From a virus, in the IMG/VR virus record IMGVR_UViG_3300043774_001004, positions 1 to 64,000 of that record: DNA of 64,000 bases; one strand, 5' to 3'. The position numbers and the translations under genes were made by a program. The notes beneath the pieces were generated by a model. That model was given only the letters and a program-made list of their open reading frames with translations. It made no database searches and was not told where the DNA came from. Positions 1-10,494 of this stretch are shown here, one piece after another; within the stretch, counting starts at the first letter, position 1, and each line of letters starts with the position of its first letter.

Positions 1-226
1 AGAAAGAAGCAGGCGGTGAGCAAAAGACAGTTAAAGACAAAGACGGTAATGACGTTATTATGAAAAAAGTTAAGCAAGTAGCCGAAGACGAAGTAGCTAA
101 AAAGGAGAAAGAAGGCTATGTAAAAGGCGAGCTTACACCTGAAGAGAAAGAAGCAGGCGGTGAACAAATTACAGTTAAAGACAAAGACGGTAATGACGTT
201 ATTATGAAAAAAGTTAAGCAAGTAGC
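1..226 (+). repeat. Direct repeat with 144-bp (48-aa) period
   Basis: 1-82 is near-identical to 145-226 (KEAGGEQxTVKDKDGNDVIMKKVKQVA). Confidence 0.9.
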
Positions 227-293
227 TTCAGTAGATAACTCTGTATACGAAAGCGTTGCTAGCAGGTTCAGAAAAGCTTTGAAAAATAAATAG
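1..293 (+). CDS. C-terminal part of a charged, repeat-containing protein (starts upstream of the window); possible internal head protein
   Basis: Frame is open from position 3 to TAG at 293; contains a 48-aa repeat. Confidence 0.7.
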   Translation, partial: KEAGGEQKTVKDKDGNDVIMKKVKQVAEDEVAKKEKEGYVKGELTPEEKEAGGEQITVKDKDGNDVIMKKVKQVASVDNSVYESVASRFRKALKNK

Positions 294-296
294 AAT

Positions 297-803
297 ATGA
301 AATACTTTAAACTATTTGAGCAGTTTGTAATAGAGGACGTTGAACTTGTAACAGAAGGCGCATGGACTGGTAAACAAATGAAAGATCTTAAAAAAGCCGG
401 CTGGACATATTCTAAATCAATTGACGGTGGCACTCTAGGAGAGATCAGTACAGTACTTTCAAATCTTCTTAAATCAGGTAAGCTAGATACCGAAGAAAGA
501 AATACCAGTGGCTGGAAGGTAGCAAAGGATAATAACATGGCAAGCTGGGAAATGCTTACGTTTACAGATGAAATCCATGGTCCTATTAAATTAGTATCTT
601 ATAAAGAAGATCCATTTAATGATAGAAAATATGGAACTTTGCTTATTAAGTTACAAGATAGATGGTGGTACAAAATTACAGGCTATAAAGACATAACAAC
701 TGACATCGTTAATTGTTTTGCAAACCCTAATAGAGTTGCAGATGCAACTACCACTGATAAACTGATTGGTGCTTTTGAATACTTCCACATGGGTGTAGCA
801 TAA
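297..803 (+). CDS. Hypothetical protein with N-terminal KxFEQFxxE motif (putative internal head protein)
   Basis: MKYFKLFEQFVIE N-terminus shared with several other small ORFs. Confidence 0.6.
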   Translation: MKYFKLFEQFVIEDVELVTEGAWTGKQMKDLKKAGWTYSKSIDGGTLGEISTVLSNLLKSGKLDTEERNTSGWKVAKDNNMASWEMLTFTDEIHGPIKLVSYKEDPFNDRKYGTLLIKLQDRWWYKITGYKDITTDIVNCFANPNRVADATTTDKLIGAFEYFHMGVA

Positions 804-820
804 ATAAAATTACATAAATA

Positions 821-846
821 AAAAGGCCTCAACAGAGGCCTTTTTT
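821..846 (+). terminator. Intrinsic terminator
   Basis: AGGCCTC-aaca-GAGGCCT hairpin followed by a T tract. Confidence 0.85.
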
Positions 847-862
847 ATGATACATAATCTAT

Positions 863-1717
863 ATGTCAATACGTCGAACTAACTATATCAAGCCAGAAAG
901 AGTACAGAAAGAAGCTCCGGCTAATGTTAGATTAAGAAATCAACATCATGTACCTGAGAATAAACAAGTTATTCGTAAAGATCCTGCGGCCAGAATGACA
1001 ATTGAGGAGAAAAGAGCCAGAATTAAAGATATAAGAGAAAAACAGGCTATTGCTCAACAAAGAAAGCAGGAAAATGTCCAACAGAGAGTTAATCCTAGAA
1101 GAACAAGTTATAACTATGGTACTATACCAAAGGTCTGGAAAGGAGCAACTGTCTATATAGTTGCAGGTGGTGCCAGTCTTAAAGATTTTAATTTCGATAG
1201 ATTAAGTGGCAAACATGTTATAGCAATCAATAAGGCATTCAGATATGTAAAAGAACCAGGTGCTCTCTACTGGACTGATAGTCGTTTTTATAACTGGTAC
1301 AAAAGCGAGATAGATGAAATAAAGTGTATGAAATTTACAGGTGGCACAAATCCGAGAGATCTTGCCCCAGATGTTACAGTACTAAGACCAGCAGGTGGCA
1401 AAACAATTGATCTATCTTCACCCGACAACATTTCAGCCGGTAATAATTCAGGCTATGGTGCAATTAGTCTTGCCATTAAATTAGGTGCTAAACGAATATA
1501 TCTTTTAGGATATGACATGGGTCATGTAGGTGGTAAGTCTCATTTTCATGACGGATATCCTTCAGGAAATAGTAAAGAACATATCTATAAGGGTATGATG
1601 AGGTATTTCACAGACAATGCTGATATCATAAGCAACGTAGTTGAAATCTATAACACTAATCCGAAAAGCAATCTTAAAGCCTTTAAGTTTTGTAGTCTTT
1701 CTGACGCTTTTCTTTAA
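863..1717 (+). CDS. Maf/DUF115 (MptE-like) family putative glycosyltransferase with basic N-terminal extension
   Basis: IVAGGASL...VIAIN...NSGYGAISLAIKLGAKRIYLLGYDM motifs. Confidence 0.65.
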   Translation: MSIRRTNYIKPERVQKEAPANVRLRNQHHVPENKQVIRKDPAARMTIEEKRARIKDIREKQAIAQQRKQENVQQRVNPRRTSYNYGTIPKVWKGATVYIVAGGASLKDFNFDRLSGKHVIAINKAFRYVKEPGALYWTDSRFYNWYKSEIDEIKCMKFTGGTNPRDLAPDVTVLRPAGGKTIDLSSPDNISAGNNSGYGAISLAIKLGAKRIYLLGYDMGHVGGKSHFHDGYPSGNSKEHIYKGMMRYFTDNADIISNVVEIYNTNPKSNLKAFKFCSLSDAFL

Positions 1718-2213
1718 CGCCTTTCTCAAAAACTTTGATATACTTTAAGTAGTGTTTCTGTTGCTGTAGTAGAATATCTCTACAGTACTCTCTAAATCTA
1801 ATACTAGAGTCAAGTATTCTATCATCTACTACATCAGTTGGGTTGCCATGAGATTGTACACATGTGCCACATAGAAAGTTACCAATTTCAAAATTACCCA
1901 TTTCTGATTTAATGTCACATCTACAGACACTGCATTTCCAGTTAAGTCTCTTAGAGTCTTCTATCAGCTCTTCGTAACTAGTAATTCTATCAGTATAGCT
2001 ATTGTAATATAATTTAAGATGATCTTTATGATGGGTTTCATATTCAAGTATCTTAAAAAGAACCTGAACATAACGATCATCTGTAGCCGCATGTGGCTTG
2101 ATGAGTTCATTTTCTTCTAAAAATCTAACTTGATAAGGTTTAAGTTCTTTGAATCTGATACCGTATAAACCTCTATGAAAACCTTTTGATCTTACAAAAT
2201 TGACAGGCTTCAT
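1683..2213 (-). CDS. Hypothetical protein with CxxC...CxxC zinc ribbon
   Basis: CSVC and CGTC; overlaps the stop of the upstream minus-strand ORF. Confidence 0.6.
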   Translation of the reverse strand: MKPVNFVRSKGFHRGLYGIRFKELKPYQVRFLEENELIKPHAATDDRYVQVLFKILEYETHHKDHLKLYYNSYTDRITSYEELIEDSKRLNWKCSVCRCDIKSEMGNFEIGNFLCGTCVQSHGNPTDVVDDRILDSSIRFREYCRDILLQQQKHYLKYIKVFEKGVKEKRQKDYKT

Positions 2214-2542
2214 CGCATATTTTTTAGACGTTCCTTATACTTATTCTTGGTTTCTTTCCATTGAGAAGTTAATCCCTTTAGTGCCGCTTTTTCGGTTTCT
2301 CTCTTTACACCGTCTTGGGCTTTGTCGACATCATTCTGATAAGCATCTTTTCGCTTTTCGTACTCAAGCTTATCTTGCTTAAATTTAATATCATATCTAG
2401 CAGCAGTTGCCTTATTTGCAAACTTCTGGGCTTTTTTCATAGCCTTTGCTATCTGATCCTGAGTTGCCTGTATTGCATCTTTCTCAAGTAGGCTTTCAGC
2501 AAGAAATTGTTCAAACGTTTTTATGTGCTTCATTGTCGACAT
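2210..2542 (-). CDS. Basic coiled-coil protein with KTFEQFLAE motif (putative internal head protein)
   Basis: MKHIKTFEQFLAE; AATATATA late-type motif upstream on the minus strand. Confidence 0.65.
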   Translation of the reverse strand: MSTMKHIKTFEQFLAESLLEKDAIQATQDQIAKAMKKAQKFANKATAARYDIKFKQDKLEYEKRKDAYQNDVDKAQDGVKRETEKAALKGLTSQWKETKNKYKERLKNMR

Positions 2543-2600
2543 CTTGGTTTATATATTGAAACTTAGTACGCTTGCAGTTGTATAAGAATAAAGGTTTATT

Positions 2601-3560
2601 ATGTCTATTTCAAATATCTTACTTACAGAAAAATACAGACCAGCATCACTAGAAGATCTAATCATACCCGATAGGATTAGAACAAAGCTGAATGATGGTG
2701 TCTATCAACATCTTTTATTTTATGGCTCGCCAGGTACCGGTAAAACCAGTGCAGCAAAGGCTTTATGTAAACAATTTGGTCTAGAATATAGATACATCAA
2801 TGCCTCTGATGAGACCAGTGTTGATGTAATACGTGAAAAGATTACAAAATTTTGTACAACTGCATCATTAACTTCACTTGACGGCAAGATGAAAGTTGTG
2901 ATACTTGATGAGATTGATGGTGTCAGTGACCAGTTTAATAAAGCCCTGAAAGCAACCATGGATTCTTTTTCAAAGAATACCAGGTTTATTGCTACCACCA
3001 ATCACATCAATAAAATACCAGAAGCAGTACTCAGTAGATTTGAGCAAATCAATTTCGACTTCACTAAAGAGGAAGAAACAGAACAACTTAAATTCTATAT
3101 GAAGCGGGTATATGAAATAGTGAAAAAGGAAGGTGCTGAAATTGAGAAGCCTGCTCTCTTAGAATTAGTTAAGCGTAAATTCCCAGATCTCAGAAATACT
3201 TTAACTGTACTACAGGGATATCTTGCTGAAGGCAAAGAGCTTATAACAATAGATGATGTTAAGAAATTTCATGGTGTCTATAAAGATGTCTATGATTTGA
3301 TATTCGACAATATAGATCCAGTAAAAAACTACCAGTATCTGGCATCTGAATATAGCAATAGGGTTGACGATGTATTAGCAAGCCTTGGTGGTGACTTCAT
3401 TGAGTATATCCAAATGGAAAAGCCATCATATGCCAAGCATGTGCCCCAAATAATTATTACTGTTGCTGAACATCAGGCACAAAGAGTTCATGTTATCGAC
3501 CAAGTCGTTACCATGCTTTCATGTGTTTATAGCATACAGTCTATCATACATTCTAAATAA
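2601..3560 (+). CDS. gp44: Clamp loader AAA+ subunit (T4 gp44 / RFC small subunit-like)
   Basis: EKYRP, Walker A GSPGTGKT, INASD, Walker B ILDEID, SRF sensor. Confidence 0.93.
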   Translation: MSISNILLTEKYRPASLEDLIIPDRIRTKLNDGVYQHLLFYGSPGTGKTSAAKALCKQFGLEYRYINASDETSVDVIREKITKFCTTASLTSLDGKMKVVILDEIDGVSDQFNKALKATMDSFSKNTRFIATTNHINKIPEAVLSRFEQINFDFTKEEETEQLKFYMKRVYEIVKKEGAEIEKPALLELVKRKFPDLRNTLTVLQGYLAEGKELITIDDVKKFHGVYKDVYDLIFDNIDPVKNYQYLASEYSNRVDDVLASLGGDFIEYIQMEKPSYAKHVPQIIITVAEHQAQRVHVIDQVVTMLSCVYSIQSIIHSK

Positions 3561-3561
3561 T

Positions 3562-3604
3562 CTGCAATCTTCTTTATCATATAAAGATTATTTGTTAGAT
3601 TTAC
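3562..3604 (+). promoter_or_regulatory. Class I promoter (degenerate copy)
   Basis: CTGCAA...TAGATTTAC with the same 34-nt offset as the copies at 20915, 21441 and 33937. Confidence 0.5.
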
Positions 3605-3620
3605 AAAATAACAAAAAGAA

Positions 3621-4826
3621 ATGAGAAATCACAATCTAATCATCGACGGTAACTACTTCATTTACAGTAGACTGTTTGTTTTACCAAGACAAAAGATGCC
3701 TACAGGATTTGGAGAATCAGTAGATGTCGATACAAGATTTATGTCAACTGAATCTGAAATGGGCATTTTTATGCGTAAACTTGCCACGGACTTTGCTTCA
3801 GAATTACGTAAAATCAAAAACATTACTGGTAGAATTATTTTTACACAAGACTCAAAGTCATGGCGTAAAGATCTATTTCCAGCATCTGAATACAAAGCAA
3901 ACAGGGAACAGGACAGTAAGATACATTGGGCAAATGTACATAAAGTTGTAGAAGAATTTACAGAATTTCTAAAAGAGAAAGGTGTAATCATACACAGGGT
4001 ATCAGGAGCTGAAGGTGATGATCTTATCTATGCATGGACCAGTGCACTTAATAGCAAAGGTGAAAATTGTATTGTCTGGTCTGGTGATACCGATCTAATG
4101 CAATTGGTTAATTACAATAAGTCTACTGACTCTTACACTATTTGGTACGATAATACCAGGTCTAAGATTGCAGTGTACCCAGGTTTTGAAAGATATCTGA
4201 ACATAAAAGACGGAAGTAAAGAATCGGAGTATGATGCCATTGATGATATCTTTAGCGTCGACCACGTACTGCTTATCAGTAATCAGATAAAAGAAGAGCT
4301 TAAGCTTTTCATAAATACAAATCATCTTGAAGTAAATGAGATCTACTGTGATGATTATGTCTTTACAAAAATACTAACTGGTGACAAGTCTGACAATATC
4401 AAATCAGTATATTCAATTGAAAAGATAGGTAAGACAGGTAAACCAAGAACATCAAGGATAAACGATGAAAAGGCCAAAAATATCTTAAACACATTTAAGA
4501 AGCGCCATGGTCGTTTTTCATCAATGTATCTTTTTGAAGAGTCATTCAAGGATGAAATCGTTAAAATCATAGCTTCTGAAATGAAGCTTACGACAAATGA
4601 AAATCTTCTATCAAATCTAGAACTAAATACTAATTTGATATTACTGCACAGCTCAACGATACCTGAAACTCTTCAAATAATTATGTTCAACCATATTGAA
4701 GATCTCTTGACCGATAACACCTTAGACATCAAAAACCTTCTTTCAAAAGATAGTATATTACATGGAACTAGTTATCTAGATCTAAACTTTAAAAAGAATG
4801 TAGGTAATACCGAAAGTTTATTTTAA
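3621..4826 (+). CDS. rnh: 5'-3' exonuclease / T4 RNase H-like flap nuclease
   Basis: LIIDGN, SWRK..YKANR, EGDD, SGDTDLMQL, GDKSDNI motifs. Confidence 0.9.
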   Translation: MRNHNLIIDGNYFIYSRLFVLPRQKMPTGFGESVDVDTRFMSTESEMGIFMRKLATDFASELRKIKNITGRIIFTQDSKSWRKDLFPASEYKANREQDSKIHWANVHKVVEEFTEFLKEKGVIIHRVSGAEGDDLIYAWTSALNSKGENCIVWSGDTDLMQLVNYNKSTDSYTIWYDNTRSKIAVYPGFERYLNIKDGSKESEYDAIDDIFSVDHVLLISNQIKEELKLFINTNHLEVNEIYCDDYVFTKILTGDKSDNIKSVYSIEKIGKTGKPRTSRINDEKAKNILNTFKKRHGRFSSMYLFEESFKDEIVKIIASEMKLTTNENLLSNLELNTNLILLHSSTIPETLQIIMFNHIEDLLTDNTLDIKNLLSKDSILHGTSYLDLNFKKNVGNTESLF

Positions 4827-5305
4827 TGGCAAAAAAGGAAAGAGTTAAAAAGGAAAGAGTTAAAAAAGCAAAGGGTGCTACAGGTCATGATGGCACCCTT
4901 TTTAGCTTTGTTAAAGTTTTCTTCACTGACAGTGAAACGTATGACAGCCTCAAACAATATGATAAGGCCAAGCATCGATTCATGGTCAACAGGTTTATGG
5001 CCATAAACTATCCAGTTATGGCAAATAGGTTAAATAGAATTGGCACTAATGCCGCCAATGTTATTGATAGCTGGCACATGATTGCACAGAGATATACTAG
5101 AGTTCCTATCTGGATCTATACTAAATTAAATAAGCAGACCAAGGTCGATAATAAGATATATGACCCAGATCCAGAAGCATTGAAGTTTTATCTAAATAAA
5201 TATCAAATAAGCCAAAGAGATTTCAGACTGGCACTTAAATTCAATCCTGATCCAGTTATGAAAGAGATTGAGTATATTGAAAAACAAATGAAGGCGAATG
5301 AGTGA
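4826..5305 (+). CDS. Probable clamp loader small subunit (T4 gp62-like)
   Basis: FMVNRFM...ANRLN resembles gp62 FxxNRxLS...xNxMN; size and proximity to gp44 fit. Confidence 0.45.
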   Translation: MAKKERVKKERVKKAKGATGHDGTLFSFVKVFFTDSETYDSLKQYDKAKHRFMVNRFMAINYPVMANRLNRIGTNAANVIDSWHMIAQRYTRVPIWIYTKLNKQTKVDNKIYDPDPEALKFYLNKYQISQRDFRLALKFNPDPVMKEIEYIEKQMKANE

Positions 5306-5954
5306 TAAGATAGATTACCCATACTTAGATTTTCCAAATGTTATTGATATAACACTATACAAGAATAATTATTATGACAACCTACTTGTAAATAAAATAA
5401 AAAAGGAAGCTGACTATGGTGATTTACCGGATCTTAAAGATTGCTATATAGTCTCTTCTGCTGAGTTCCAGGATATTTTTTACAATTCATTTTCGAATGA
5501 AGTTGATAAAGTAAGATCATTACCAGCTACAGACCTTCAGAAGAATGCTACCAGTCTGTATTTCATGGACAAGATTTTTAGTACTTTCACCAATCTAAAG
5601 TATGTCAAAATCAACGTGTCCAGGGATTCAAATTACAGTAGGGTTAACAAATCAGAAAAGGTACCTACAATATTCTTTAATTATAAGATAACAGCTTCCT
5701 GTATCGATCTGACTAAGATATTCGATAATGTTACTCTAGAACAGATTAACAAACTGTTTATAGAAAATAGGATATGTGCCCATGATGAGATCATAGGTTA
5801 TGACCACATCATAGAGATAAAAGCCCATGAGTTCTTAAAAATGCTTGATGATAATCAAGAAAATCCATTAGTTCCATATCTATTTGAACTCATAGATCCA
5901 AAAACAGAAACAGATAATCCCCTAATTGTATTCATTACAGACTTCGACATTTAA
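5298..5954 (+). CDS. Hypothetical protein
   Basis: 218-aa ORF coupled to the upstream gene. Confidence 0.6.
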   Translation: MSDKIDYPYLDFPNVIDITLYKNNYYDNLLVNKIKKEADYGDLPDLKDCYIVSSAEFQDIFYNSFSNEVDKVRSLPATDLQKNATSLYFMDKIFSTFTNLKYVKINVSRDSNYSRVNKSEKVPTIFFNYKITASCIDLTKIFDNVTLEQINKLFIENRICAHDEIIGYDHIIEIKAHEFLKMLDDNQENPLVPYLFELIDPKTETDNPLIVFITDFDI

Positions 5955-5999
5955 TCTTCAGCTTTCGGCCATAAATATATAGCTAAAGAAGCAATTTTA

Positions 6000-7958
6000 A
6001 TGGCAGTACAAGATTATATAGTCGATAAACTAGACGAGACCTTAATTATTAAGCTTGCAGAACCCTATGAAAAGGTAGAGCAGGTGGTGGGTTATGTAGA
6101 TGAGGTTATCGGCGAAGACAGTGTCAATAAATTTGAGAGATATTTTAGATGGAGTCAAGATAACTCGAATTTTTCCGACTGGATTATATTGACAAATCTC
6201 AATCTTGCAAATCAGGTTATAGATCCTCTTAAACCTTTCTGGATAGAATACAAATACGTTGTAATAGATCTTCAGACAGGTCATACAATGGAATTTGTGT
6301 CAATTGCTCTAGAAATAATTTCAGACAACGGCGTAGTAAGACAAGTAAAGCAAGTAGGTGTAGACTGCTGTGAGCCTGGTCAGATACCTAGTGGATGTCA
6401 GAATCTGATAGTCACAGATTGTTGTGACGAAGACGATTTATTCAATCCCTATGGAATGTTGAATAACACCCGCAACATGTTTAATCAATTAACTAATGTT
6501 GTTAATGATATTTTCGGCCACTGCGTAAGATATTATAAAGTCAATCCTGATGTTAGAAGCCGTGATGCTATGTTAACAGAATATAGTTTATATCAGGTAT
6601 CAGACGTTAAAGAAATTAAAGTTTTAGTACCAGATAACGCATTTCCAAATAATGAATTTCAGTTCGATGAATTTGGTATGAACTTTGAAAATTTTGAAAT
6701 TCATATTACACGTGAAGAATTTCAAAAAGCATTTGGCGCAAGATCAATGCCAAATGAAAGAGACTACATTTACTTTCCTCTAATTGATAGAATGTATGAA
6801 TTAAACTCCGTGGCTCTAGCAGACCCTGTTGTTTATAAAGACATTTACTATAAAGCAATACTTAGAAAATGGAAAGATAGAGTTAGTGTTGATACTCCTG
6901 AAGATATTGCACAAGAACTTCAGGATCTTACAGTGCACGACCTTGAAGCCGAATTTGCACAAGAGGCGGTAGACGATCTTTTGAAGATTACAAAGCCTCA
7001 GCAGTATAGAACAATAGGCACAGGTGCCAATGACTATGTACGAAGTGATTTATCCACTTTACTTTCTATCTCAGATTTAAAAATCAATAACAACTGGGTT
7101 ATTGTCTCTAAAAACTACTATGAATTTAATAAGCTAAATCCAAACGAATTAGCCGTTAAGTATAGACAGAAGGCCAAATTCGAAACAACTGAAGATAGAG
7201 CTTTTACATTTTGGTTTCAACCAGTATTCCCAGCAGATAAGATACCTTCAATACTTGTAAGTATTACAGATTCATCTGGTAATGCAATGTTAACATTTGC
7301 TAATGAAAGAGCATATCAGATCGGAGATCTTATACAGATAGTTGATGCTGGCGATTATAATGGTTATTATCGTATAATTCAAGCCCCTAGTGGAGGAACT
7401 GAATATGTTATAGACACACCTTATGATGGTCCAGCAATTACAGGAGCCAAGGCCAGAATAGTTCCTAAAACGTTCTTGATACATGGTTACGGCGGAACGT
7501 TCAGTGGCCTTTCAGTTGAGGTTACAAAACAATTCCTTATAGTTTCAATCAACAATGTTGACTATTACTTTACACATGGTATAACATTTAATGAGGCCAG
7601 ATGGTACTCACTTGTTGTAAATCTCTCAAATAAATTTAAGACGCTTTCAACATATCTCTATGAACTTGATAAGCCTCTTAACTATACAATGCCGCAAAAT
7701 GAAACATCGGCACTTAAGTTATTGTATAACGATCTTATTTTCTTACCTGAACAGGTCAGTATCGATTCAGGAGACTATTGGGCGCTGTTGGCAGGACCTG
7801 TAAGATTAACAAACATTAGAATTTTTAAACGTATAATAGAAGAAGAAGCCCATAATATAGTTCTCAACCAGTATGTTGTAAATGATACACAGTATGCTGA
7901 ATTAGTTGATAATGCTATACCAGAACTTCGTCTATTGAGATTACCAAATCCTAGATAA
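6000..7958 (+). CDS. Neck protein, T4 gp14-like core with N- and C-terminal extensions
   Basis: FG..VRYY...FG...E.HITR..F...P.ERDYIYFPL..RMYE resembles gp14; sits before the terminase genes. Confidence 0.65.
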   Translation: MAVQDYIVDKLDETLIIKLAEPYEKVEQVVGYVDEVIGEDSVNKFERYFRWSQDNSNFSDWIILTNLNLANQVIDPLKPFWIEYKYVVIDLQTGHTMEFVSIALEIISDNGVVRQVKQVGVDCCEPGQIPSGCQNLIVTDCCDEDDLFNPYGMLNNTRNMFNQLTNVVNDIFGHCVRYYKVNPDVRSRDAMLTEYSLYQVSDVKEIKVLVPDNAFPNNEFQFDEFGMNFENFEIHITREEFQKAFGARSMPNERDYIYFPLIDRMYELNSVALADPVVYKDIYYKAILRKWKDRVSVDTPEDIAQELQDLTVHDLEAEFAQEAVDDLLKITKPQQYRTIGTGANDYVRSDLSTLLSISDLKINNNWVIVSKNYYEFNKLNPNELAVKYRQKAKFETTEDRAFTFWFQPVFPADKIPSILVSITDSSGNAMLTFANERAYQIGDLIQIVDAGDYNGYYRIIQAPSGGTEYVIDTPYDGPAITGAKARIVPKTFLIHGYGGTFSGLSVEVTKQFLIVSINNVDYYFTHGITFNEARWYSLVVNLSNKFKTLSTYLYELDKPLNYTMPQNETSALKLLYNDLIFLPEQVSIDSGDYWALLAGPVRLTNIRIFKRIIEEEAHNIVLNQYVVNDTQYAELVDNAIPELRLLRLPNPR

Positions 7959-7959
7959 T

Positions 7960-8649
7960 ATGAATGGAAAAAAGAATTATAGAAAACAAGCAAATGACAT
8001 CAGATCTTCACTTGACGATATATTAAATGATTCAGAATCGTTTGATCTGCCAATTGATAATACTGAATTAACCCCAATTAGAAGACCTGACCCATTCGAT
8101 TACACAAAGAAAAAGGGCGATGCATCAAATCAGGCAAAGAAGACTATCAACACTTTATTAAAGTTTTATCTCAGTGAAGAGATTATTGATAACGATGAGT
8201 ACGTAAAGGCTAAAATGAAAATTGAAGAAATGACTTTAAGTAGTCTTATCTTTCAAATGGAAACGGCTGAACGTGCAATCACAACCCTGCTTCAACAGAT
8301 AGACGATGGCGATGTTTCACCTAGAATGTTTGAGGTTTTAGGCACACTTCAAAAGTCAATGCTTGATATTATTAAGAGCCAGACCATGTATATGATGGCT
8401 ACTGAAGAGGGTGTAAAGAAGCTGGCCAGAGACTATGATGTATACTCTGAAAGAAAACAAATAGGCACAGGCGAGGTTAAAAAGATTGAAGGTCCAACAA
8501 ATGTAAATAGGGGTACTAAAAACCTTATGATGCAGATACAGGAAGAAATGGAGGCTACTAAACAAGAAAATACGTTTGACAGTGAGCCCATTCAAGAAGA
8601 TCCAGAAGATGATTTTCCTGTAGAAAATTATGATGAATATGACGAATGA
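7960..8649 (+). CDS. Terminase small subunit (gp16-like)
   Basis: SPRMFEVLGTL resembles gp16 PRxxEV; directly upstream of TerL. Confidence 0.7.
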   Translation: MNGKKNYRKQANDIRSSLDDILNDSESFDLPIDNTELTPIRRPDPFDYTKKKGDASNQAKKTINTLLKFYLSEEIIDNDEYVKAKMKIEEMTLSSLIFQMETAERAITTLLQQIDDGDVSPRMFEVLGTLQKSMLDIIKSQTMYMMATEEGVKKLARDYDVYSERKQIGTGEVKKIEGPTNVNRGTKNLMMQIQEEMEATKQENTFDSEPIQEDPEDDFPVENYDEYDE

Positions 8650-10462
8650 TTTTATGATACCTATGGGTTCTAGCCCAGAGGAACCACAAGCAGATAAATC
8701 AATATGGTCAACACTTGCAGTAGAGAAACTATTGCGAGCCATGGATGAAGGTTACAAGGTTAAAGCCACACCTTTTCATGAAGGTAATATCAATTATAGA
8801 AGAGGTAACATAGTATTTGAATATACTGATGAGGAAATGGAGCATATTAAAAGATGTGCTACCGACATCCTTTACTTTGCTGAACACTTTGCAACTGTAA
8901 TGACAGATAAGGGTTTACAGCGTATTAAGCTTAGAGATTATCAAAAGGATATGCTTGTAAACTTTGTAAATAATCGATTCAATGTTTGTCTTGCATCACG
9001 TCAGATTGGTAAAACAATCTGTTCAGCCATATTCATAGCCTGGTATGTTCTATTTAACTATGATAAGAATGCACTTATACTTTCGAATAAGGGCGGTACT
9101 ACAAAAGAAATTATCGATAAAGTAAAAGCTATTCTTGAGAACTTACCGTTCTTTCTAAAACCAGGCATGTTAAAGAATGACGTAATGAATATGAAGTTTG
9201 ATAACGGTTGCCGTATTGTAGGTCAATCTACAACAGGTAAAGCGGGTATCGGTTTTACTATCCACCTTCTATTCCTAGACGAGTTTGCTCACATCCATCA
9301 TAGCTTTGTGGATAGCTTCTATGAAAACGTATATCCTACACTGTCGTCTTCAAAGGTGTCTAGAATTATTATCACCAGTACACCGAACGGTTATAATAAG
9401 TTCTTTGAGATCTATGATGCAGCCGAAAAGAAATTAAATGAATTTGCATCATTCAGAGTTGACTGGTGGCAAGTTCCAGGTAGAGATGAAAAATGGAAAA
9501 ACCAGGAGGTTAAAAACCTGGGTAGTGAAGAGGCCTTTAATCGCCAATATGGTAATCAGTTCATGGCATCTAGTAATCTTTTGCTTTCAGGTGCTTCAGT
9601 TAAGAAATTGAAAAATGGTGAAAAGAAATTTGTATATCTAGATTTTGAACAATTTGAAAGAATCTCAATGGACATGCAAAGATTCCTCTTCTTTGATCCC
9701 AGCTATGACGGCTCAGAATTTAAAGATAAGTCAAGATATTGGATGTTTAGTGTTGATATAGCCGAAGGTGTAGGTGGTGACTATACAGTTATCAATATAT
9801 GGGAGGTTATACCGATGCAAGTTAAAGACTTTGATAGGATAACATCACCCAGTTCAATAAATGACTTCTTTGCCTTTAAGCAAATAGGTGTTTATAGAAG
9901 CAATGAACATAGCGTTGAAGATATATCAAAAATATTGTATACATTAGCCATAGATATTTTCTATCAAGAAAACGTAAAATTGGTAATAGAGTATAACACA
10001 TATGGTGCTACAGTTATGAATTATCTGACGAATATCTTTCCACAGAGAAATGAGTTTGATGAAGAGATGGTAGTTAAGTTTAAACACAGACATGATGCAA
10101 CAACTGCTAAATATGGTTTAAAAATCAAGAAAGATAACAAGACACTTCTTTGTCAAAATCTAAAGAAATACATCGAGCAAAATAAGATGTATGTATATGA
10201 CACCGAAACTGTAAAAGAAATCTCATCATTCGGTAGAACACCAAACGGCTCATATATAGGGCAAATGGGCCACGACGATCATGTAATGACTTGCGTTTCT
10301 GCAACAGAATTTTTTTCAACACTTGATTATTCAGATTATGTTGAAGAAATTTTAGATAACATAGACGAAGAAATATATGATAAAATGGAAGACACTTTAG
10401 CAAAGAGTAATAAAGAAGGAGACGGTAACATGCACTATGATATTTATGATTTGCTTGGCTGA
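8630..10462 (+). CDS. gp17: Terminase large subunit (T4 gp17-like)
   Basis: LRDYQ, Walker A SRQIGKT, LDEFAH, ITSTPNG, nuclease VDIAEGVGGDY and HDD. Confidence 0.96.
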   Translation: MMNMTNDFMIPMGSSPEEPQADKSIWSTLAVEKLLRAMDEGYKVKATPFHEGNINYRRGNIVFEYTDEEMEHIKRCATDILYFAEHFATVMTDKGLQRIKLRDYQKDMLVNFVNNRFNVCLASRQIGKTICSAIFIAWYVLFNYDKNALILSNKGGTTKEIIDKVKAILENLPFFLKPGMLKNDVMNMKFDNGCRIVGQSTTGKAGIGFTIHLLFLDEFAHIHHSFVDSFYENVYPTLSSSKVSRIIITSTPNGYNKFFEIYDAAEKKLNEFASFRVDWWQVPGRDEKWKNQEVKNLGSEEAFNRQYGNQFMASSNLLLSGASVKKLKNGEKKFVYLDFEQFERISMDMQRFLFFDPSYDGSEFKDKSRYWMFSVDIAEGVGGDYTVINIWEVIPMQVKDFDRITSPSSINDFFAFKQIGVYRSNEHSVEDISKILYTLAIDIFYQENVKLVIEYNTYGATVMNYLTNIFPQRNEFDEEMVVKFKHRHDATTAKYGLKIKKDNKTLLCQNLKKYIEQNKMYVYDTETVKEISSFGRTPNGSYIGQMGHDDHVMTCVSATEFFSTLDYSDYVEEILDNIDEEIYDKMEDTLAKSNKEGDGNMHYDIYDLLG

Positions 10463-10494
10463 TATATAATAAAAATAAAAATAACGTATACAAA

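Noticed and set aside
8630-10462. Intein or intron in the terminase
   Set aside because: Length is typical of gp17 and motifs are contiguous
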